Both the position numbers and the translations under genes were made by a program. DNA of 64,000 bases from Dicyema japonicum (taxonomy: Eukaryota > Animalia > Dicyemida). The DNA lies in the NCBI GenBank assembly GCA_011109175.1, contig RDEW01000012.1, positions 1,088,129-1,152,128 of the forward strand, in the 5' to 3' direction. Positions 50,971 to 63,740 of this stretch are shown piece by piece; positions within the stretch are counted from its first letter, which is position 1; every line of letters begins with the position of its first letter. A model generated the notes under the pieces. That model was given only the letters and a program-made list of their open reading frames with translations. It was not told the DNA's origin and made no database searches.

Positions 50971-53900
50971 TGGAAAATTTGGATGAAAATGATGAAGACA
51001 AAGAATGCATTAATGATGGAGAACAAAAGAATGAACAAGTCGTTTCAGACTATGATGCAATGAATGCAGTCTATACATTGAGGAAGTACTTATAACAGAA
51101 GGATGAAGTTAACTTAAATGTCTTCAATCTCCTTGATGATGTTAGTAGAAACATCAGAACGAACATTAAAACTAGAATAACTTATTATTTTAAAGGAAAT
51201 TAATGTTTTCATCTTTTAACTAGTCTTTAAAATTAAAAAATGCATTTTATCAATTTATAAAAAAATTCAACTTTGCCTCTCGAATCCGTCCTAATTTCCC
51301 AGGTCCCAAATTTGGTCGATTGAAAGGTTTTACTGTATTTTGTAGTCGTTCAGTGAGAGAGGTTGGGTCTGTTCACTTCTCCCCGACCAAATGACCACAT
51401 GAAATCCCTGAGTTATCCTATTTAAGAAGTTCAACCGAGAGTGAACTTATTTGAAAAGATAAAAACTTTAAGTGAATTAGAGTTAAGCATAGTGAACCAT
51501 AGCTACGTCACCAGCTCGACCCTCTGCCCAATTAACTACTAAGTAGTCTGCGCTACAAATAAATAAAAGTCGATTAAGACTTTCAGAACTGTGAGGATTT
51601 GGTTCATTGTACAACAAAATCCTCACAGTTCATATTAATGCCAGGGTCACTGAGAGATACAAAATGTGCTCAATTAGTGGCTAATTTCAGTTCCCGCCAT
51701 TAGCAGAGCACCTTACGTTCATGGTCTTCCATTGCATCAACCGATTCCCGGAAGCACCTTCTTCTGTGCTTACACAGGAAATCTATTGGAGAAGAGAACT
51801 TAGGAGCAGACTTTCTTTCCTTTAACTGAGGTAGAGACAGGAAAGAGGGTTTCTGTCTTTTTCACCAAAGTGGAGGAATTTGTCTTCCCATCTACGAATC
51901 GGTTAGTTAGTTTTAAAAATAGTCATAATCGATTAAATTTAAAATTTTTGAAAAATTTTGTTGTGATTTTTCCCGCCTTGCCTCCACTTGTCAGAAGAAG
52001 TCAATCTATAAGATTTTTTTGTTTAATGTATTCTGTCAAAATCAATACCGGATCCCACTTATCAAGAATATCTCCATACGTCCATAATTCCCCCAGTTTC
52101 TTTTAGTTTTATGAGTTTTCTATAAATTTGCGGTACAAAATATATAGAAAAGTCTCTTGATTATTCAAAATCTTTATAAAGCTAATTAAGTTTATTACAT
52201 TATTTAAAATACTGTATAACTTATTAAACACCTCAGAGTACATGAATTTGTCAGTTATCTTCATAAAGGTCCACATTTTCGACCAAAGCTCTAGAAGTAA
52301 CCGATTGTAACCAGACTGTACCTTTAGTATTACTTACAATTATAATGAATTCTAGTTATATTATATCTCACTTTTGAAAAAGTTTTTTGACCACGTGCTT
52401 TTTAGTTTTTTGTGTGACACTTTTATTTCAATTCAAAGTGCTTAGGAGACTTGAAATAAGTAGTTTATTATTGCATTTGTAAGCAGAAAAGTGTTTAAAT
52501 AAAAAGTTTAAAAAATTAAGTTTTGATTTTTTACCCACGTGGGCTGTCTCCCATTGTCTTCCATCTAAGGGATCTCTGGGTTCTTGTATTAATGCCTAGA
52601 AATGATTAAAGTTGAAAGTTTTTGAAATTAGCATTAATGGTCACGCCACTTGACAGGAGTAATATTAATCGAAATTTCCCGAAACTCAAAGTCTTCATTT
52701 GTGATCCCTGGGGGACCTAAGTCAAGACAAGTTTGCCAATTTTAAAGAAACAACAAATATGCAAGTGCGGACCCGAAAAAAGTTAGGTCAAGTGGGGACA
52801 AATCCCGGAGAATCTGTATCTATTCGAGGACCAGAAAAAGTGCTTGTTTTAAGCCCAAAATAACACTTAATAATTTGGTTTTAGAAATTAAAAAGCTATT
52901 TTTTAAATTGATTTAATAAGCTTATTTGTTAATTTGGTTTAATTATTTCAATAGAAAATGAGCCCCGATTTATTTGGAGTACCCACATGTCTTGACCACC
53001 TGGGTCTGACCACGTGGGTAATTTTTTGAGTGTCTAAATTTTTAAGTTTCCTAGCTTAGACGCGTGCCTAGAATATATTAATTAAATAGAAAGTTATAAT
53101 TAAGCCTTAAAACAGATTTTTAAGTTCAACTTTGATATTTAAAACTTTTCTTGACCACGTGAACAGTTTTTTTCTTAGTGGTAAACACGTGTTTAAAATA
53201 AAAAATAAATAAGTAATTAAATACTATAATTAAATAGTAAAATTAAAGCTTTTATTTGGCTTTTTAACTGAATTTCTAATGAATTTCTAATTCTAGTTAT
53301 CATGGGCTTTACACGATTGAATGCATCAACCGTTCATTGAAAAATCCAGAATATTGATAGTCCTGTGTGTCTTTGATTAAATCCTATTATGTACTTTTAA
53401 CACGTTGGCTATTTCGACTTCACCCTCATCCAATATTCTATTCCAGTTGAGATTCTTAATGGTCGTATTTTGCCTTAATCCCTTTGTAGTGAATGTGACA
53501 TTTCGTTATCGTTTCCGACTGAATGGACAAAATGATAGACTCAGTAGACAGCGGATATACGAAGTTTCAAAGGATACACTGTGCTCTGGATTCGAATCTC
53601 GTCTGTCACAAAATTTGAAGAAAGAGCCTTGTGGAGGAATAAGTGATTTTGAGTATTAACACCCAAAACGTTATATTTCAATCATTTAATACCATAATAT
53701 AAGTATTATCCCACATAAGCTGTTTCGGAGGGATCAGTTGTGTCCAAATTCCTTTTATTTTCGAATCCTAACGATAGAACATCCGATTCTTATTAAATTC
53801 AAAACTTCAGATTTCCGCTGTTTCATGACTTGATAATTTTTTGCATGCAACGAAATGAAGGAAGACTGCTTCTATCATAAAACGATGCAGACATATCGCA

Positions 53901-54420
53901 CATTCCTCTTTCATGGAAGTTACGTCATTAGGTACGAATTATTAATTGTAACTTTAAATCGTCAATTTAAGGCAATATGATCTCTTTTAAATATCCTGGC
54001 GAAAGCACACTATTATAGCAGGAACAAATAACCAATAGTTCTTCTGTTCATCCTTAAAGCAGACCTGCTCAAGGTAATCTAATCTTGTCCAGATGGGATT
54101 CAAATCCAGTCATTAGTGGATTCCATGGATTCTTATTTCAAAAACATCTGGTTTCAGATGTCTCCTGATTCCTTAAGATGTTAGACCAGAGGTTTAAAAA
54201 ACCACAGACAAACAATATTTTTACTCTTACCAGGGAACTATAATAACTTCACTTAGTGAAGGCTATTCATTCAGTTACCCCCGATAATTTCGAGTGAAAA
54301 AAACAAAAAATTACAGCCAAAAGCAAACGCTCCAGAGATCCGATAGTTAAAACTATAGGAAGCTCATTTATTTAAAAACAAAAAATTTTATTTATTCAAA
54401 ACAATTTATTTATTTATTTT

Positions 54421-54720
54421 AATAACCCTGGGAACAGCGAGAAAGAAAGACAAGAGTCAAACAGTTAGGTTGGAAAATTATTATTATTATTTAAGCCAAA
54501 GAAACACCGTCTTAACCAATAACTAATATTCAGGTGATCCCGGCATCTCTCAATAATCGGGCCATTTTTTCTCGATGCTCCGACCGTGATCCCACGCATT
54601 TTCTATACGGACGGGGTCTTTTTCCTTTCTCTTCTGAAATTGCCTCCAGTTGCCTCTATGATAGACTCGAGTGCTCTGGGGGCAATTTCTTTCTGGAGAA
54701 TGTTCAACTATATAAATTTT
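54421..54720 (-). mobile_element. Two stacked Ingi/Vingi-like LINE 3' tails
   Basis: SEHREKMARLLRDAGIT* with stem GGGATCACC/GGTGTTTCT and (taa)n tail, followed by a second tail cctaactgtttgac...cagggttattaaaat similar to 56620. Confidence 0.7.
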
Positions 54721-54909
54721 GAATTAAAAACTGATTTATCGTAGGTGAAAGTTTAAAATTAATTTAATAATATATATTAAAAGTAATATTAAAATTAAAT
54801 AAAATTAGCATCTTGCTATTTTCATGCCTTGTGACGTTGTTATTTTCTAATCGCAGTTAATAAAGTGTTTTTATCTGACACAAATTTATTTTTTAGAAAT
54901 AAATTACTT

Positions 54910-56600
54910 TTTGGAAGACTAATACAATGCTAATACAACTGCTAACAACTTTGGATTTCCAATACGTCATATTTTTGACTCTCCTCTAATTCGACCTTTG
55001 AAACTCTGGAAATTTCTCCAATTTGTTTGTAAATGCAAATAGCCCAATCATTTTTGGAAATCAAAGGATGATTTCAATTTTTGGCATGGCAGGAAATTTA
55101 GTTAATATTTTCGGAGTGCCACCCGAACTCATTTGGTAGCCAAGTAATGAATTCAAACTTTGGGTCGAACTTCGTAAATCAGTGGAATGAATAATACTGG
55201 AGGTTATTAATGTCATCGAATTTTGGTATCTTTGGGAACTTCGAAATTTCTTGATTACCTCAACTCTATTTGGAGTGCAGCAAACAAACTCAAACCTCGG
55301 AAATAACTTTTATTATTTTGGAAATCAGATCAATTTTGTAAACAACTACTTTCAGACTAATTCTAATCAACACACCAATTCAATGTAGCAGACCAACCTT
55401 GATCAACCAATCAATTCAATATGGCATACTAACACTCAGTCTACTAATTCAACATGGGGTGCCAATACGAATAATACAAACAACTTTTGGAAGCAAGACA
55501 CAAAGTTCGTTAAGTGGTTAGCCTTAGTCAAATAAACAGTAGTTTTATGTAAAATCAGAATAATCAGTAAGTTTTTAGAAAATGCTGCTAATGGATCTTT
55601 CATTGGTTATAGACAAATTTCCTCAGAAGAATTAGCCAATATAAACGGAAACTCTCTACTATGCCTGAATACAGTAACAAGTAGATTGAGGTAAAATTCT
55701 ATGTAAAAGTGTTAAGAAATTAGATATGAAGATTATCCAGCCAACAATAAGTTGGTGGTTTTTTTAATTTTTTATTTTAGCTCCCGTTTTATACAGGGAG
55801 CTTTCAACACAAATTTGATATGCAATACTGGACTTGTAACGCAGAATTTTATGTCCAATAATGCTGGAATTAATCAGGGCTTTTGAATCAGAACTTACCT
55901 GGCAATTTCTCCGGTAAACAACTATTTTCAAACGCTAATGCTCCGGGGACTAATAACACCGGTAGGTTTGGGATCACTTCTGTCTTTCAAACCCAAATAG
56001 TGGACTTGAGAATAGAATTGGTTTTCCTGGAATAATACATTTAACAATTCATTATTTTCGGCCGTATACTCTGGTATTGGAAATTTCCCTGGATTACTAA
56101 GGACAAATATTGGCTTTGAAATTAGTGCTCCCAATTGTGGGATTCATGCTTCCTTTTTTCCGTAAAATATTGCTGGATTTGTAATTTCTTCTAATCTCTC
56201 AAATACCAACACGACCGGATTTCCTCAGTCCAATATTTTTTTCGGAAACCCTCTCGGCTTTTCTTTTACCAATACTATAGTAAACATTGGTGCATTTCCT
56301 TCTACTAATACTGAATAAACACTGGTGGTTTCCTCATTGGTAATAATGGAGTAAATACTTGTGGATTTCCTTTTACCAATACTCTGGTTAATACTGGTGG
56401 ATTTCCTACTGTCAATACTGGATTTAGTACTGCTGGTATTCCCTCTCCAACACTGGATTAAACGCCATTTTTTCCTCTTCCAATACGAGATTTAGTACCG
56501 GCGGTTTTCCTGCAGCCAATACTGGATTAAACGCCTTTGTTTTTCCTGCTACACATACTGGATTGAATACTGTTGTTTTTCCTACAGTGAATTCCAAATA
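54910..56600 (+). pseudogene. NUP98: Nup98-like FG-repeat/GLEBS pseudogene (N-terminal part only)
   Basis: NFG/IFG/LFG- and N/T/Q-rich translation; GLEBS-like STMPEYSNK*IE/EIRYEDYPANNK at 55655-55750 across a ~25-nt intron; NTGGFP-type repeats 56160-56600; substitution stops present; no autoprotease domain seen. Confidence 0.7.
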
Positions 56601-56619
56601 ATGTATTTATATTTTTTAT

Positions 56620-56740
56620 TTAGAACCCCGGGATCACCGATAAAGAAAACAGAGAAAAACGTCAAACAGTTAGGCAACACCAGTTCCCGCAATCAGTCGA
56701 GCCATCCAACGCATGTGGTCTCCCATTGTTCCCACTACCG
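56620..56740 (-). mobile_element. LINE 3' tail fragment
   Basis: HMRWMARLIAGTGVA* then ...ggtgatcccggggttctaaat. Confidence 0.6.
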
Positions 56741-56954
56741 ATTACCCATATTATATTGTTCGATTACTCGAAGAATACAACTTTTTTAATAAGTACCAAA
56801 ATTTTATTGTTTTTAAAATTAAATATTTAAATTTTATTTTTGTTAACCTAACTTTGAAATTATAATAGTAATTAAATTTTTATGTGGTAACATTTATTCT
56901 AAATTTAGTGTAGTAATTTTATAGTACACATTTTCTGTCAATAAATTTTTACCA

Positions 56955-57240
56955 AATGGGGTCGTACATGGATCCCGACTGTCACCCATTCTCTTCAACT
57001 TCTTTATGAGCGATATGCCTTTCCATAGCAGCAACAATACTCTGGTCCTCGCTTATACTCACGACATAATCATGGAAACAAGAGACCAGTATGTTCACAC
57101 AGCGGGTACCCGCTTACAAGATTTACTGGATAACCTGAGCTGTTAGATTATAATGAACCTATTACACACAAGTCCTGAAAACTCTAACACATTGATTTTT
57201 ACTTCAGACAGAAGATTACAAAATCCCCTCCGCTAACTCT
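56955..57240 (+). mobile_element. Ingi/Jockey-type RT fragment
   Basis: GVVHGSRLSPILFNFFMSDMP...LAYTHD...LQDLLDNL. Confidence 0.7.
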
Positions 57241-57577
57241 ATCAAAATACTGGAAATCAGATACGTCATCCTTATGATTTTCGGAAAACATGCCAGCAAC
57301 GTAATTTCTTCCCAACGAAAACTAAATTTTGTAAAAACACTTCTCGAATACTACAAAGGTTGTTTCTACACCACGTCTCGATTGCCGTCTCGCTTGCTAA
57401 GTTATTTTATTTAAATTATTTTATTATCATTTTATGGGTGACATTAAAATGATTTTTTAAATACTATTTAAATTGCATTTAAAAAATTAGCATTTAAATT
57501 TTTTGAACAAATTTTTTTTTTTTAATTTTTTTTTTTTAATTTTTTTTAACAAAAATTTTTTTTAACAATTAAACAAA

Positions 57578-57700
57578 TGTCAGTTGAGGAAGCCTGCTGC
57601 GTGGATTGCGAACGAGTTCCCTCGGAGTATGGCTATTCCAATCTTTTGTCTTAGCCATAACCCTTCTCGTTGATCCCTTTTCTTTCTAGCAAGCAATCCT
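57578..57700 (-). mobile_element. CRE-type 3' end fragment
   Basis: DQREGLWLRQKIGIAILRGNSFAI. Confidence 0.65.
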
Positions 57701-57719
57701 CCGAGTTTTTGCTGTTTTG

Positions 57720-58025
57720 AACAAAATTAAAAAATAATTATTCCAAAAACAATTTTATATTAAAATAAGTATAAAGACCACGTATCGGTGGTCTTGTGGG
57801 AGACACAGAACCGGACAGATTATTTTGGAGGCCCTTATTAAACAAAACTCCAACATGCGGGAAGGTGGCCCTGCAAATACAGTCAGCCGCCCTGTACGAG
57901 CTTGTGTGGGTACGAGGGAGGAGCACCGAAAAAGAATGAGGATTTTGGTGGAGCGCATCGGGATCACGTGATAGTTAGTTTTGGTTTTACCGTGGTCTTG
58001 GGTGTTAAATAAATAAAATAAAAAT
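57720..58025 (+). mobile_element. Ingi/Vingi-like LINE 3' end
   Basis: VGTREEHRKRMRILVERIGIT* homologous to the 22921 terminus; stem GGGATCACG/CGTGGTCTT; taaataaataaat tail. Confidence 0.75.
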
Positions 58026-59399
58026 AGCATTTTAGCACTTAAATTGCCCTAGTTATTAGTTATTCTCTTCCATCCTCCACGGTAACACAAAATTGATATC
58101 AGCTCGTCTAGAGCCATTTTCTCACTCTTTGGAGGTCTTTGTTTAGCATGATAAGGAGTTTAAACATTGATCGGCCACAGAAGTATTTCCACTCGAACAT
58201 GAAGTGATCTTCCAGCATTTGAGATCCTGGCAGGCCATTAAAAATCCCGGTTTCATGGAAAAATCGGAATCTAATGTTGATATCAAGATGAAAGCTTAGC
58301 CATAAAGTGTTGAAATCAAAATTGGCGAATTTCGAGTGTAAACTACTCGTGAAGAAATTATAGAGAGAGAACATCCCGGGAACAAAAGAGGGGACTGGGA
58401 AGGAAATATACATGTATTTCTTCTTTTTTTGTACACTTCATTTTTCATTGACTTTATACTGCCCACTTAGTATAAGCAGAGTTTGAGTAAATCGTTGATT
58501 TTGTTATCTTGGGCAAAAATTGGCCATTTACCTCTGCTACAGCAAATTAATTGCTGTTTCACAGATTAAATAGCACTTTGAAGTGAATGAAGAGAATTTG
58601 ACTTGCTGTGTGATTATTTAATAAATGTGTTAAAAAGTGCTCTTTACTGGATTTTTCCTAAAAATGGCTGAACTGTCCCAGAGGAAAGTTATTGGGACCA
58701 ACGACATTATAATTCAGCTCCTGCAGAGTTCCGTGGTACAAAGTTTCCTTTTTTTCTGAGGAGAGAATTCAAAGTACAATAATGCCTCACTTATTATACG
58801 TGGCTCGTAAAAGACAGTTGGGAGATTCGAAGTGAATTCTACTAATTTCCCCAATATTTTGACCTTCAATCTATTTTACGACACGTGCTCGTGATTCTGT
58901 CTTTATTTGATTACGACTTGAAAGACCGTAAAATTTGTGATCCATTCGATAGTCATGCTTTAATTTAATATTTGAGAAAGACCATTTGGATACTGGCATC
59001 CTTCTTACTCTGATCAAACGTATAAACTTATTTTTGTTAACCAAACACGACCATTCGCAGTTTATTCGTTTGTTTGATCTAAGATTGCCAGACAGTACGA
59101 AACTGCCTTAACTATTCCATACTTCTCGACGTTATGAAAGATGCGTCATTCTGATGATATTGATTCTTTGAAAACTTTACCTTCTAGTAAGCAGAGATTT
59201 CGTTAAGGATTGATAAGTTGGAAAAGACCACAGAAGCAGTATTTTTTAATATTAAGCTGAGATTTCAGTCTGGAATTTGATTGATGGAGGATAATTTGAA
59301 CTTTGTAAAGATGTTCGCATCCAAAGTTTGAAAAGCCTGTCTGAAAATGAGTTTTATATGATATTTCCAGCTTTTTAAAGCGTGAACATGCCATTTGTT

Positions 59400-60440
59400 A
59401 AATTCATGGATACTAAGATAACTTTACAGAACGGCCAATATTACTAGTTTTAACAAATCGATCAATATGTATACAATTTCCCATATTTAATTATGTGGAA
59501 ACTCGTAGAATTGAAATCTACATATCCCATTGATATTGTCTAATTATAAGGTCTGAGCTACTCCCTAAAATTTGCCAGAACAATCGAAACACTGAGAAGC
59601 ATTGAGACATTGAGATAATTTTCTAAGCGTTCATTCATCATACTCAAAATTAGAGACTTTCACGGAACTCATGTAGTCACAGTTCTTTATGCGTCTATTT
59701 TCAGCATTATATACTGAATGTGAAAGAATCCACGTGGTTTCTCTAGCTACAACTTCAAGTGTTGTATGTGGCAAAAGTCTTATGTTCTGAAAGTGACTTA
59801 TGAGCCTTTGCAGAATATGATCTTTTCAAACTCTTATAAAGAACTCTGGTTTGTAAGCCACCTCACTTTGATACGAATTTTGTTGTTTTGAGTAAGCCTG
59901 GAGACTCTAGTAAGGAGTTGATCAATAGTCAGTAGATTCCAAAAGTGAAGCAACGCAGGTAAATCGAGGGTTGAGTAATAAGCCACTACTTCATACATGT
60001 AATAGATGATTTCCAGTCAAACCTTGACACACAAACCATTACCTCACGAAAATATAGTCCGGGAGACCACTAAAGTGTTGAGTCAATAGCCAGTAGTGTC
60101 CAAACGTATGGTCAACTGGGTCCAGGGGCTTTGAGACATAAACAACTACTTCCCACGTGGATCCAAGAAGTTCCAATCAAAACTTGAGCCACAAGACGAT
60201 AATTCCCACAGTTTATCCACTGATTTCTAGTCAAACCTTTAGCCAAAATCCACTACTTCACGAAAATATGGACAGGAGACCAGCAATGCGTTGAGTTGAG
60301 TCGTGTACAAACTTGTAGTCACGTGGTTCAAGCATGCATTGAACCATAAGCCACTACTTCGCGAAAGCACTTTCCGAAAAAGAGTTAACAGTTGATAATA
60401 AATACCAGGAGAAATAGTCTCATCCTCTAGGAGGTTCAAA
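59400..60440 (-). pseudogene. Unidentified decayed, possibly helical-repeat protein relic with an internal ~110-bp duplication
   Basis: Leu-rich translations with many stops (LEVVARETTWILS); 60010-60110 is repeated at about 60230-60340. Confidence 0.25.
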
Positions 60441-61234
60441 AACCACGGAATATGAAGAAAAGGTTGATTATTGTCAATATCTGACCTAACTCCTGGTAGG
60501 TAAACTGTCCAGGAAGCTCAATGACTCAAACCCGGAGTGTTTAGGCTCACTGCGGTTATAACCATTTTCAGAAAGCTAAGTCACATCAAAAATCAACCAA
60601 ATTGTCAGGAAATGACTTTCAAAAAACAGAAACTGCTGGTTTCTTAGCTGATGAGGGGAATTAAATAGATCATAAATGATACCATAAACGTGGGGATTTT
60701 TATCTCTTTTCTGTGAACACTCGTTTATTCCCTTTCTCAGTCAGTGAATCATCGTTTAAGTTGACAAATTTACCTGATTTTTTCCGTTTTCTAGACTTGT
60801 CAGAACTCCCCTGAGTCTCCTATTTATTTGTATCAATCGATTTTTCTTTTAAGTGACAGATCCGTCAGTTTGTTCGTCTTCTTTAGACTTGAGACCCTTT
60901 TAGTGGTCCCAGTCATCTTTTTTACTTGTTTTCTTGCTGAGGAATTAACTTCTGGAAACAATAGTCTGAGAATGAAATTTTCTGTATTTTTACTATGGAA
61001 TAGTCGGCGATTAAAAGATGTGATTACAGACACATAATTCCTGGGACGAGGATTATAACCGATAGATGTCTGGCCATATCAATCAATCCCACATTGAGAT
61101 TACAGTAAATACGCCATTATGGGTGAATCACTCCCAAAATTTTGTTGATCTCGCCGATCCAAATGTTCAAGTCTCTAATTCCGTATTTTATTTGAACTCG
61201 TTGTTTTAGAATTTGTTTAAAAAATCGATTGCTT

Positions 61235-61660
61235 CTACGCTTCTGTCAAAAGTCTTCCTTTCATTGTTATTGATGTTCCACTCATCTCCCATTGATTTAT
61301 ACTCTTTGTGATTTTGGAATGTTTAAACATCGGGATTCCAATAAGGGAAATTCCTGCTTGTTGTCGTAAAATACGACAGATCTTCGGTACAAACTTAAAA
61401 ATCCACATTTGGGTTACAAAATGATCTGATTCAGCGATGTCATGAAGTTGGACGGCTTTTTTAGTACGATAAACCCAAATCCTCCTTTTGTCAGGTGTTT
61501 TTCTTCTCAACAAGTTCAAGGCAGATGCATAGCTTCGACAAAATGCAGAACAACCACGTCGTAGTTGTATTCTGTAACGGAAAACCTTCGAAGATTTAGT
61601 TAGTTGGTCAAGGTTATTCTCGTCGATTCTCCTCGACAAATCAACCTCGTTTTTAAACAA
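61235..61660 (-). CDS. Uninterrupted 141-aa ORF of unknown nature
   Basis: From the ORF track only; no recognised motif, no obvious introns. Confidence 0.2.
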   Translation of the reverse strand: MFKNEVDLSRRIDENNLDQLTKSSKVFRYRIQLRRGCSAFCRSYASALNLLRRKTPDKRRIWVYRTKKAVQLHDIAESDHFVTQMWIFKFVPKICRILRQQAGISLIGIPMFKHSKITKSINQWEMSGTSITMKGRLLTEA

Positions 61661-63559
61661 ATCTCCGTTTTTAAAAAGTATGAAAATTTGTAAATTAATA
61701 GATGCATATTAAATACCTTTTGGAAACATTTCGGGTAGCTTTCCTTTTTTTTCCGTTTGCTTTAGAACCAACGTCGACAAGATCATTAATTCCACATTTC
61801 TGCCCAAAATCAACTAAAATGTTGAGGAAAGATTGGTCCACTACAAAACTAGACCTCTACCCAGTTCTGCAGAAAATAAGTTGAATTTTATAAATGTTAC
61901 TTTACAGGTACAGAACAGCAGATAAAGCATGTCACGTGTGTGAAGATCCACAGTTTGGAAAAAATTGACCTTTTCTTAGATATATTTTCGTTCAATATGA
62001 TTTCCCACAGAAAATTCATGAAAATGGGGTTAGCTTAAATTGTAATAATTAGTGAGTTGGCTTCCAACTTAACTCCCAATGTAAGGGAAAATAGGGACAT
62101 TTATAGAATTAAAAAAAGTTTTCATTGAAATAAATAATTCATGTTGAAGCTCTCATGTTATTATCATTCGTGACCGTCAGGGGATCATTTTGCGATAGCA
62201 ATAACTTTCCTTTTGTGTCAAGAGGTGGCATGTTAGTCGTTGGGAGTGATTATCTTTCATATTCCATTATCATCTTATTGGTGGGAAATCTGGAAGAAAC
62301 CAAATATCGACATCAAATAATCCAACAAATACCCGCTCCCAAACTAGCAAAATGAACATAATGTTCACTTACCTGATCGGTGATGAAATAATTCCTGAAA
62401 ACGGGGAATGAGTTTGTGTGTTAACCCAAGTTCAGAATGAAGTTAAGAATGATTTTATATCGATGTTTCTATCAATCATACTGCAGATCGAACCTACCTC
62501 AAAAACTGGTGGCTTCATCTGGCGAAAAAAAGTTTTTTGTTTAGAAAATCTGTTTCCTATTTCATAAGAAATTAAACTGAAAGTTGTCTTTTCACTAGAA
62601 GCATTCTCTAAAAGCAATGAACGATGAGAAAACTGTTATTTATCCATAAAATAAGCAGCCATGTCCTCTATAAATACACTAATGTAATCTTCCAGCCTGA
62701 AAGCGCTTTCAAACCGGGGATTAAATTTTCAATCTTCTGACAGGATGATAAAGGTTTTTGAATAAAACTTTTGCTAGAATTCAATTTTGACGCTTGTGAC
62801 TTGCTAAATGTTGAATGAGACCATAAAATCGGAAAAACAAAGTACATCGTCATGTGGTTTATCGTTAGTGGGTTCAGGAGTATTAAAAAGCAGTTTCTAT
62901 TTTATTTAAATGATTTTATATAAAAATACGGACTACCTCACATGAATGAAGGAATTAAATGGAGAAATATAATTATCTGGGGAATACTTCACATGAATGA
63001 GGAATTAACTGAGGGAATATGTTGGTTACGCATACTTTAGGGTTTGAACAGTTCATGCGTCCCTATCGTGTAGGTTGAGACGGGGGACAAATGCTGTTGT
63101 TTTGATTGATCTTTTCCAAAAAATCCTGAGAAATCTCAAGCCGTTTGTTTAAAAATTTAATGTATAATTTGTTCGACTACATTTAGATCCTCAAATTCAT
63201 ACTTCTGCAAAAATAGTTTGGCCTAAATAAAGAGAAATATTGAAGATTCACAGCAGAAATTAAAGATCTCTTGGATAAAACAGATATTATCCATTGCGGA
63301 ATCAACCGAGCGTAAATATTTGACTGTAAACTCTGAAAGCATCACTTAAATTCTTGTTTAAATTTTGATCACAATTAGCGCTTGTAATTAATGAAGGTCT
63401 TTTTTTCCGAATCAACTTCGATTGAATCTTCGACCTACCATAATATTAGGTTGTTGGTGAAGTATAGTTATACATCACCGACTGGGAAATCTAGAAAAAG
63501 ATGCTCCGAGAGAAAATAAAGTTTCTGGGAGTGGTGTTAGATTCGTTTTGTCTTAAAAC

Positions 63560-63740
63560 TATGCAAACTTGTTGGAGAGGGTTATTTAGAATGACGAGGA
63601 ATTAAATCTCTGACGAGACACACTCCCCTCATTTATACAATTTACCATCGGTAGACCAACAGGATTCCTATCATTGAAATCCCCGTACACGATTATGTTC
63701 TTCAGGGTCAAGATCCAAGAGAAATCAGGTTAGTATCCTT
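63560..63740 (-). mobile_element. APE endonuclease fragment of a LINE
   Basis: LTLKNIIVYGDFNDRNP..NCINEG. Confidence 0.5.

Larger units (their letters stand above)
50340..51337 (+). mobile_element. Tigger-like transposase C-terminal relic plus right end
   Basis: KDAIIYTYQA, NCFRHAKW, acidic tract, TRITYYFK; terminus gaaaggttttactg+TA (51336-37); interrupted by retroposon copy 2. Confidence 0.7.

Noticed and set aside
55890-55905. acttacctggca, matching the U1 snRNA 5' end
   Set aside because: Lies in the Nup98-like reading frame (QNLPGNF); no U1 stem-loops or Sm site follow.
850-62853. Most 60-90 aa ORFs in the supplied track
   Set aside because: They are antisense or out-of-frame shadows of TE ORFs, or chance AT-rich ORFs using alternative starts.
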